A stretch of DNA of 64,000 nt. Source: an uncultured Gammaproteobacteria bacterium (GTDB lineage Bacteria > Patescibacteriota > Microgenomatia > UBA8517 > JACQJR01). The notes beneath the pieces are model-generated. The model had not been told where the DNA came from. It worked only from the letters and a program-made list of their open reading frames with translations, and searched no databases. The stretch lies in assembly GCA_964442455.1 (NCBI GenBank), contig CAYTZB010000001.1, positions 21,910-85,909 on the forward strand, in the 5' to 3' direction. This document shows positions 57,169 to 64,000 of the stretch, in pieces (the first letter of the stretch is position 1; every line of letters begins with the position of its first letter). The position numbers were made by a program, and so were the translations under genes.

Positions 57169-58359
57169 ATGAAAATCTTGATGCTTACTCCCTACCTTCC
57201 TTATCCGCTCTTATCCGGAGGGCAAACCCGCTCGTATAACTTGCTCAAAAATTTGTCAGGTACGCACGAAATTACCCTTTTTTCCTTGGTAAAAGATGAA
57301 AGAGAGCAACGTTACATTGGGGAACTTAAGAAGTTTTGTAAAAATGTGGTGATATTTCCCCGTTCCAGTAATCCTTGGACACTGCGTAACATTTTACTTA
57401 CAGGTTTCTCTCTTTATCCCTTTTTAGTGATGAGAAATTTGTCTCCACAAGAGCGAGAGGCAGTGAGAGTACACTTGCGGGAAGTGTCGTATGATTTAAT
57501 TCACGCAGAGACATTCTATGTTATGCCGCATATTCCCAAAACATCCATTCCTATTTTACTTGTTGAGCAAACGGTAGAATATCTTGTTTATAAACATTAT
57601 GTTGAAGAACAAGCGCCGTTTCTTTTACGCCCACTCTTGTGGATTGATATTGCAAAAATAAAGTTTTGGGAGACGTACTTTTGGCAACGAGCGAACAGAG
57701 TTGTTGCGATGTCCGAGGCGGACAGACACTCAATGCAAAAACTTGTTCCTGGATTGGCAGTTGATATTGTACCTAACGGTATAGATACCGAGCACTTTTC
57801 AATAGAAAAGAAACGAAACGCCGGTCCCCAAAGAATTCTTTATGTGGGTAATTTCAAATGGCTACAAAATAGAGAAGCAGTAGATGTACTTGCAACACGC
57901 ATATGGCCACGGATTAAAAAGAGGATTCCAAATGCGAAGCTTTTGATTGTAGGTATGAGCTTAACACGAGACGTTAAAGAGTTACAAAGTAAAGATATTG
58001 AAGTTGTCGAAGGTATACCCGATATTCGTGAAGCATATGAGAGGGCAGATGTATTAGTTGCGCCAATTGAAGGTCCGGGGGGGACAAGACTTAAAATTCT
58101 TGAAGCAATGGCATCAGGCGTTCCCGTGGTAACTACAAAGATTGGTATCGAAGGATTAGATGTAAGGGATGGAATACATGCGCTTATTCGCAACACCGAG
58201 CAAGATTTGACTGCTGCGACAGTGCGTGTACTCACCGATAAAAAACTGTCAGAAAAAATTGCTACCAATGCAAAAAAATTAGTGAGAGAGAAGTATAATT
58301 GGGAAGCTTCAGCAAACGCACTCGATAAGATTTATCGCCAATTAGCAAACACACAATGA
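57169..58359 (+). CDS. GT4 glycosyltransferase
   Basis: PYPLLSGGQTR, VPNGID, GGTRLKILEAMASG. Confidence 0.9.
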   Translation: MKILMLTPYLPYPLLSGGQTRSYNLLKNLSGTHEITLFSLVKDEREQRYIGELKKFCKNVVIFPRSSNPWTLRNILLTGFSLYPFLVMRNLSPQEREAVRVHLREVSYDLIHAETFYVMPHIPKTSIPILLVEQTVEYLVYKHYVEEQAPFLLRPLLWIDIAKIKFWETYFWQRANRVVAMSEADRHSMQKLVPGLAVDIVPNGIDTEHFSIEKKRNAGPQRILYVGNFKWLQNREAVDVLATRIWPRIKKRIPNAKLLIVGMSLTRDVKELQSKDIEVVEGIPDIREAYERADVLVAPIEGPGGTRLKILEAMASGVPVVTTKIGIEGLDVRDGIHALIRNTEQDLTAATVRVLTDKKLSEKIATNAKKLVREKYNWEASANALDKIYRQLANTQ

Positions 58360-59294
58360 AAACACAGCCAGATCTTTCAATTGTGATTCTTAATTATAAC
58401 GCAAAAAACTTTGTTACTCAGTGTATTCAATCAATTGTCCATCAGGGGCGGATGAGCCTTTGGTCCAAAAGATCAAAAGATACTAAATATTCTTATGAAA
58501 TTATTGTGGTTGATAATGCCTCGTCAGATGGAAGCATAGAAATGCTTAGAGAAATGCGAAAGAAGACAAAGTTCCAATTAATTGAAAACAAAGAAAATTT
58601 AGGATTTTCCAAAGGGAATAATGTTGCAGTGCCTTATGCAAAAGGTCGGTATATTCTTTTTTTGAATCCGGATACAATCGTAGCCCCAAATACTTTTGTT
58701 TATATGACTCGCTTTATGTATAAACATCCACAGGTTGGGGCTGCAACTTGTAAATTAAAGTCCCCTACTGGCGGACTCGATGAAGCGGCACATCGCGGCT
58801 TTCCCACTCCCTGGAATGCTTTTTGTCACTTCTTTGGACTTGAGCGACTTTTCCCAAAATCACGTTTATTCTCCGGATATACGTTGGGGTATCTTCCAAG
58901 AACCACAATACATGAAATAGACGCGCTCAGTGGAGCGTTCATGATAGTTCGCCGCAAAGCAGGAGAAGGAGTTTCTTGGTGGGACGAGGATTATTTTTGG
59001 TATGGAGAAGATGTTGATTTTTGTTACCGATTGAAAAAAGCGGGGTGGAAAATTATGTATGTTCCCAGCGTTTCTATCTTACACTATCGAGGGGTATCCT
59101 CAGGAATTAAAAGACAAACCAGGGAAGTATCTGTGGCGACAAAAGAGACACGAAAGATGGCAGCACGCGCATCTATTGAAGCAATGAAAATTTTTTATAA
59201 GAAACATTATACAGAGAGATATCCACAGTCCGTTTTGTGGTTAGTGTGGTTTGGAATCTGGATTTTAGAAAAGTACAGACTAATATTTTGGTAG
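58356..59294 (+). CDS. GT2 glycosyltransferase (WbbL-like) with N-terminal insertion
   Basis: SIVILNYN, VDNASSDGS, FLNPD, YGEDVD. Confidence 0.9.
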   Translation: MKTQPDLSIVILNYNAKNFVTQCIQSIVHQGRMSLWSKRSKDTKYSYEIIVVDNASSDGSIEMLREMRKKTKFQLIENKENLGFSKGNNVAVPYAKGRYILFLNPDTIVAPNTFVYMTRFMYKHPQVGAATCKLKSPTGGLDEAAHRGFPTPWNAFCHFFGLERLFPKSRLFSGYTLGYLPRTTIHEIDALSGAFMIVRRKAGEGVSWWDEDYFWYGEDVDFCYRLKKAGWKIMYVPSVSILHYRGVSSGIKRQTREVSVATKETRKMAARASIEAMKIFYKKHYTERYPQSVLWLVWFGIWILEKYRLIFW

Positions 59295-59312
59295 GCATAA
59301 GCGATATATGAT

Positions 59313-60440
59313 ATGAAGATACTCATTGATGCACGAATGTATGGACTAGAGCATGCAGGTATTGGACGGTATGTAATGAACCTCGTGTCCCAGCTGGTAG
59401 AGATAGATAAAACTAACCAATATATTCTTCTCGTAAACCGAAAACTGACTACTGACTACCGACTACCAACAACCGACAACTGGGAACTGGAATTTGTTGA
59501 TGTTCCCCATTATAGTATTGCTGAACAAGTGCAGCTCCCTGCCATTCTTATAAAAGAGCAGTTTGATATTGCCCATTTCCCCCACTTTAATGTACCTATT
59601 TTTTTTAAGCGTCCATTTGTTGTCACAATTCATGATTTAATAAAACATACTTCTCGCGGTTTGGCGACTACCACGAGAGATCCACTTTTGTATTGGGTTA
59701 AATATGCAGGATACAAGATGGTATTTAGCAATGCAGTACATAAAGCTCGAAAGATTATTGTCCCAAGTAATGCTGTGAGAGATGAGCTCTTGAAGGAGTA
59801 TAGAGTTGATAGAGAGAAAGTGATGGTTATTTATGAAGGAGCAGACGAGATATTTAGTAAAACTCAAAAACTCCAGAACTCCAAACGAATAATAAATAAA
59901 TACAAAATTCCCCAACAATATGTAATTTATGCAGGCAGTGCGTATCCACACAAAAATCTAGAACGACTTATTAAAGCAGTGAAACAAAGTAGAACAAATT
60001 TAATTATCGCGAGCGCACGGAATGTTTTTACTGCCCGATTAATACAATATGTTAATAAAATCAAAGCTGATTCTTTTGTAAACTTTCTAGGGTTTGTTTC
60101 AGATGAAGATTTAGTAATACTCTATAAAAATGCGAAAGCGTTTGTTTTTCCATCTTTATCGGAAGGGTTTGGTTTACCGGGTTTGGAAGCAATGACAACA
60201 GGGTGCCCCGTAGTTTGTTCAGACATACCAGTATTTCATGAAATTTACGGTGACGCCGCAACGTATTTTAACCCCAGAGATGTAGTTGATATTGCTTCAA
60301 AAATAAATGAGGTACTCCGCTTTGATGTTTCGAAACATCAAAACATGGTTGAAAAAGGAAAAGAGCGAGCAAAACAATTCTCCTGGAAAAAAATGGCAGA
60401 AGAGACACTTCAAGTCTACAAAGAAGCTCTCTTAAGGTAG
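59313..60440 (+). CDS. GT4 glycosyltransferase (MtfB-like)
   Basis: IDAR, GIGRY, TIHDL, PHKNL, PSLSEGFGLPGLEAM. Confidence 0.9.
   Translation: MKILIDARMYGLEHAGIGRYVMNLVSQLVEIDKTNQYILLVNRKLTTDYRLPTTDNWELEFVDVPHYSIAEQVQLPAILIKEQFDIAHFPHFNVPIFFKRPFVVTIHDLIKHTSRGLATTTRDPLLYWVKYAGYKMVFSNAVHKARKIIVPSNAVRDELLKEYRVDREKVMVIYEGADEIFSKTQKLQNSKRIINKYKIPQQYVIYAGSAYPHKNLERLIKAVKQSRTNLIIASARNVFTARLIQYVNKIKADSFVNFLGFVSDEDLVILYKNAKAFVFPSLSEGFGLPGLEAMTTGCPVVCSDIPVFHEIYGDAATYFNPRDVVDIASKINEVLRFDVSKHQNMVEKGKERAKQFSWKKMAEETLQVYKEALLR
59437..59492. repeat. Degenerate intragenic heptamer array, about 8 units
   Basis: accgaaa actgact actgact accgact accaaca accgaca actggga actggaa. Confidence 0.8.
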
Positions 60441-60492
60441 AAAATTTTCGCAGGTGTCATTGAGAATTATTTGGCCTTTCTTTAGCTAAGTA

Positions 60493-61731
60493 TTAGCTAG
60501 ATACACCCAAAGGAGACGGGGTCAAAGTAGGATATGCACTACGAATAGCACTTAATAATTCTTTTATTCTATCCTCATTTAAATCAGCGATATTGAGAAT
60601 AAGAAGTAATAACTTCTGTGTCTCCTCATCATTTTTATCATAAGCTCCCTCACGCGCCCTAGTAAAATGAGAAATTTTTTCAAGGACGCTGGGAAGTCTT
60701 TCTATGATAAACTCTCGGTTAACATCTATACCCTCTTTATTTGCTAGCTTACTTATTATTGGATTTATTATACGACGTCTCGCCTGATCATCAATTATAA
60801 CTCCAACCAACCTCCACTTATTTTCTAGTCCAGGAGCTCTTAAAATCGCACCCAAAACAATTGTATCCTCAATTGTAAACCTATATGGATTTTCAATTTC
60901 ACTTTCTGGAGTAGGAGTTAATTCTTCTGACAGTTGACGAGCACCATCCGTTATAACAACAGAAGTGGTGGGAATAGTCCCTTCTTCTAAAACACTGGCT
61001 ATTACTTCTTCTCTGGAAGTAATAGGGTCAGTTTGGACAGAAGAAGTCTCTACTCTTTCTGATTGAGTTTCATTTGTTCTTATCAAAGAATAACGAGCTT
61101 CTACACCACGACGCCGCCCACTATGATTTACAGAATTATGAATAATCGCCCCTATATTCCTTAACTTTTCATTAAGCTTCGAAATGTCAGCACTAAGTAG
61201 TTGTTTGGCCCTATCAACATCGGACTCGTCAGGACGTGCACTCTTTGCCAATTCTGATCTTGAGATTTCTTCTCCTTCTTGAAGGGTACTAAGCTTTTGC
61301 ACAATCATAAATTCTGATGGTGATAATCCTATAATTTGCTGATCCTCAAAGGTAAAAGAGTAGTGTCCTCGAGAGGATATTTTACTAGGTTCAGGAAATA
61401 TCTGAGTGGCTAGTTCATCTGGAAGATCCCCATCTTCAACAGTTACACCAGTTCCTATCTCGATTGCTCCTAAACGGGATTTATCCAAAAGTTCAATTAA
61501 TTCTCTAGGAAATGCCTCGAGGTTAAGGTTCAACTCACGCAGCTGTAGATGGCCGCTTTCAAATTGCCCCACAAGTGCATTACCAGTTCGCGGATCTCTG
61601 CCAAATGCTAGGATTCTTCCAGCTATCCCCCAGAGGTTATCTAAGACCTCTCCTAATTGTTTATTGCGCTCCCTACCTTGCTTTACCAGCTCACCGGCTT
61701 GTTGGGATAAGACTTCTTTTGAACTTGCCAT
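60493..61731 (-). CDS. Orphan acidic protein with a probable winged-helix DNA-binding domain
   Basis: GLSPSEFMIVQKL...GEEISRSELA...LSADISKLNEKL resembles OmpR/PhoB C-terminal wHTH; N-terminus looks coiled-coil; no receiver domain. Confidence 0.55.
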   Translation of the reverse strand: MASSKEVLSQQAGELVKQGRERNKQLGEVLDNLWGIAGRILAFGRDPRTGNALVGQFESGHLQLRELNLNLEAFPRELIELLDKSRLGAIEIGTGVTVEDGDLPDELATQIFPEPSKISSRGHYSFTFEDQQIIGLSPSEFMIVQKLSTLQEGEEISRSELAKSARPDESDVDRAKQLLSADISKLNEKLRNIGAIIHNSVNHSGRRRGVEARYSLIRTNETQSERVETSSVQTDPITSREEVIASVLEEGTIPTTSVVITDGARQLSEELTPTPESEIENPYRFTIEDTIVLGAILRAPGLENKWRLVGVIIDDQARRRIINPIISKLANKEGIDVNREFIIERLPSVLEKISHFTRAREGAYDKNDEETQKLLLLILNIADLNEDRIKELLSAIRSAYPTLTPSPLGVSS

Positions 61732-61764
61732 TTTATTAGATTTTGTGGAAGTTATTTATTTTAA

Positions 61765-61793
61765 ACTCTAACTTGAAAGAATAAAAGAGTCAA
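61765..61793 (-). promoter_or_regulatory. Sigma70-type promoter for the wHTH gene
   Basis: TTGACT-17 nt-TAGAGT on the minus strand. Confidence 0.5.
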
Positions 61794-61839
61794 GGGACCG
61801 ATATAAGGTATAAATACAAAAATCTATTCTTCATTTTCT

Positions 61840-61848
61840 TGCTATAAT
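61840..61848 (+). promoter_or_regulatory. Extended -10 TGcTATAAT
   Basis: Consensus match upstream of the uORF and GT4 gene. Confidence 0.55.
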
Positions 61849-61867
61849 TCCATCATAAACGATTAAA

Positions 61868-61942
61868 ATGAGAGTAGATTTGGTTTATTTCGAAGTACAC
61901 TATTGGCGAACGAGAGTCAAACCAAGGAGGCTTGAAGAATGA
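61868..61942 (+). other. 24-codon upstream ORF (MRVDLVYFEVHYWRTRVKPRRLEE) coupled by ATGA to the GT4 gene
   Basis: ATG 61868 to TGA 61940-61942; contains AGGAGG and a decayed copy of the 45084 element. Confidence 0.45.
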
Positions 61943-63093
61943 AAGCCGCGTTGGTTTATGACAGAGTGAATAAGTGGGGTGGGGCGGAGAGAGTACTTTT
62001 GACGCTGCATGAGATGTTTCCCCAAGCGCCGCTTTATACATCAGTTTACAATCCTGAAACTGCACCGTGGGCTCGTGTATTTGATGTGAGAACTTCATTC
62101 CTCCAAAATTTTCCCTACGCGCCATCCACTCACGAGTTATATGCCATTCTCATGCCTCTTGCTTTTGAAAGTTTCAACTTTGACAACTATGATGTGGTGA
62201 TTTCGGTGACGAGCGAGGCAGCCAAAGGAATTATTACAAAACCAGGAACGCTCCATCTTTGCTACTGTTTAACACCGACACGATATTTATGGAGCGGTTA
62301 CGAAGATTACTTCGATAAACCCATAACAAAATTTTTCACAAAACCTATAGTCTCGTATTTGAGGAATTGGGATAAAGTGGCCGCACACAGACCAGATAAA
62401 ATTATCGCAATCTCACAAACAGTGGCTGATCGAATTAAAAAGTATTACGGAAGAGAAGCAAATGTTATTTATCCACCAGTTGGGATAATGACGGGTCCTG
62501 CCGCTCGCTCGTCCCGCCCGACGTCCTCCCCGCCAACAGTCGAGCAGTCTGGGCGGGTTGCGGGCGCTCGGTGGGACTCCCTCCGCTCGCGTCACCCGTC
62601 ATCGTTTTATGAGTACTTTTTAATCGTCTCTCGTCTTGTTCCTTACAAACGAGTTGATTTGGTAATTGAGGTGTTTAATCAATTGAAACTTCCACTTATT
62701 ATCATTGGAATCGGTAGAGAGGAAGGAAAACTGAAAAGGATGGCAGGGTCCACTATTACCTTTGTCGGCCAGTTGACAGATGAAGAGCTTGCCTTGTACT
62801 ATGAAAAGGCAGCAGCCATTATCTTCCCGCAAGAGGAAGATTTTGGTATTGTGGCAGTTGAAGCACAGAGAATGGGAACACCGGTCATTGCATATAAAGG
62901 CGGGGGAGCGCTTGAAACTGTCCGCCCTGGGCGGACCGGTGAGTTTTTTGAAGAGCAAAATGTTGATGCGTTGGCTCGGGTGATACAAAGCTTTAATAAA
63001 GCGAAGTATAAACCTGAAATTTTAAAAAAACATGCACAAAAGTTTTCTAAAGAAAGATTTAGGAGGGAATTTTTAAAAATTTCTAATTTCTAA
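61939..63093 (+). CDS. GT4 glycosyltransferase (WbaZ-like mannosyltransferase) with a ~38-aa insertion
   Basis: GGAERVL, YCLTPTRYLW, SRLVPYKRVD, EEDFGIVAVEAQ. Confidence 0.9.
   Translation: MKAALVYDRVNKWGGAERVLLTLHEMFPQAPLYTSVYNPETAPWARVFDVRTSFLQNFPYAPSTHELYAILMPLAFESFNFDNYDVVISVTSEAAKGIITKPGTLHLCYCLTPTRYLWSGYEDYFDKPITKFFTKPIVSYLRNWDKVAAHRPDKIIAISQTVADRIKKYYGREANVIYPPVGIMTGPAARSSRPTSSPPTVEQSGRVAGARWDSLRSRHPSSFYEYFLIVSRLVPYKRVDLVIEVFNQLKLPLIIIGIGREEGKLKRMAGSTITFVGQLTDEELALYYEKAAAIIFPQEEDFGIVAVEAQRMGTPVIAYKGGGALETVRPGRTGEFFEEQNVDALARVIQSFNKAKYKPEILKKHAQKFSKERFRREFLKISNF
62488..62602. repeat. 115-bp in-frame GC-rich element with 9-bp terminal inverted repeats
   Basis: ATGACGGGT (62488-62496) / ACCCGTCAT (62594-62602). 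Confidence 0.9.
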
Positions 63094-63187
63094 TTATTCT
63101 AATTAACCTAAAGAATGTCCAAGCACCAATTTGTAATTGGGCATTGGGATTTGATTAGAAATTAGTAATTAGGTCAATTAGGTTAAT
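63078..63187. repeat. Intergenic AT-rich 7-9-bp unit arrays in both orientations
   Basis: CTAATTTCTAAT...ATTAACCTAA on the left; ATTAGAAATTAG...TTAGGTTAAT on the right. Confidence 0.7.
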
Positions 63188-63195
63188 CATGTATT

Positions 63196-64000
63196 ATGTA
63201 TAAAGATCATCTCTGGGTAGCAATATTGGCAGGAGGAGGTGGAACTCGTCTTTGGCCACTGTCCCGTGAAAAAAATCCAAAGCAATTTTTAAAGCTCTTT
63301 GGAAGAAAAACCCTTCTTCAGGTAACCGCAGAACGTCTTTCCCGCATTGTTCCCTGGGAGAGAATATTTGTTGTTACAACGAGTCCCCTGTATGCTCATG
63401 AAATTGAGAAAGAGTTGCGTCTCATACCCAGTGAGAATATTTTAGTTGAACCAACCAAGCGGGGTACAGCCATAGCACATGGGTTGGCTAGCGTTTATAT
63501 TCACAACCTAGATCCAGATGCGGTGATTCTTAATGAATCTGCGGACCATGTCGTGCGTCCAATTACTAAGTATCTTGATACGTTTCTTGTTGCAGCAGAG
63601 ACTGCTTTTCAAACTCGTTCTCTGGTTGCCGTTGGAATAGAGCCAGAATATCCCCATACGGGGATGGGTCATATAAAGGTTGGGAAAATTGTTCATAGGG
63701 TAAATGATAGAGTAGTTTTTCAGGTTGAAAAGTTTATTGAAAAGCCTCCACTTGGTTTGGCTCGTAGGTTTACAAACTCAGGTGATTACTACTGGAACGG
63801 CAATCTTTATGTATGGCGTGCAGACAGTATTTTAAAGTCGATAAATATCCATGCACCTAAAATTGGTCATAGTCTTAAACAAATTCAGGATGCACTTTTT
63901 TCGGGGAAAGTGGGTAATCAAGTCATGGAAGCGGCGTATCGAAATGCACCCAATATCTCAATTGATTATGCAGTTTCTGAGCGGGAGAAAAATTTCTTGG
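63196..64000 (+). CDS. manC: Mannose-1-phosphate guanylyltransferase, 5' part; runs off the window
   Basis: MYKDHLWVAILAGGGGTRLWPLSREKNPKQFL...VEP..RGTA...SADH...FIEKP...ISIDYAV. Confidence 0.9.
   Translation, partial: MYKDHLWVAILAGGGGTRLWPLSREKNPKQFLKLFGRKTLLQVTAERLSRIVPWERIFVVTTSPLYAHEIEKELRLIPSENILVEPTKRGTAIAHGLASVYIHNLDPDAVILNESADHVVRPITKYLDTFLVAAETAFQTRSLVAVGIEPEYPHTGMGHIKVGKIVHRVNDRVVFQVEKFIEKPPLGLARRFTNSGDYYWNGNLYVWRADSILKSINIHAPKIGHSLKQIQDALFSGKVGNQVMEAAYRNAPNISIDYAVSEREKNFL

Noticed and set aside
19337-59492. Short repeat arrays as a CRISPR array
   Set aside because: Units are 7-8 bp with no unique spacers, and there are no cas genes
662-63696. Numerous 60-160 aa ORFs antisense to, or out of frame within, long genes (e.g. 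54807-55283, 57840-58268, 61406-61771)
   Set aside because: Shadow ORFs fully overlapping well-supported genes, with no motifs or expression signals
1-64000. Alternative genetic code or diversity-generating retroelement
   Set aside because: TGA ends many complete genes with ATGA overlaps; no reverse transcriptase or adenine-specific TR/VR pair seen

Overview
A 64-kb stretch of an AT-rich bacterial genome (standard code, TGA = stop) taken up almost entirely by one cell-surface glycan biosynthesis and modification cluster of about 55 CDS. It holds about 14 polytopic GT-C-fold-like membrane glycosyltransferases (several with discoidin/F5-8C or CBM-like C-terminal domains), 7 class I SAM methyltransferases, 8 GT2 and 6 GT4 glycosyltransferases, 2 Wzx-like flippases, an O-antigen-ligase-like protein, an amino-sugar module (Gfo/Idh/MocA oxidoreductase, LbH N-acetyltransferase, two DegT aminotransferases), an epimerase and a partial manC. 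Gene content and style suggest a CPR/Patescibacteria (Microgenomates-like) organism; this is inference only. I saw no RNA genes, CRISPR arrays, transposases or recombinases. Three things are not explained by the annotation. (1) A 102-bp inverted repeat pair (16784-16885 / 21722-21823), each copy carrying an internal palindrome with a compensatory base change, brackets a 4.8-kb four-gene segment. (2) At least 15 small insertions that keep the reading frame open (GC-rich palindromic elements, some with apparent target-site duplications, and 7/8-bp tandem arrays) sit inside glycosyltransferase genes and at gene junctions, and several recur as families. (3) GT-C/carbohydrate-binding-domain genes are repeatedly coupled to methyltransferase genes. 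Two small ORFs missing from the ORF track are also proposed.
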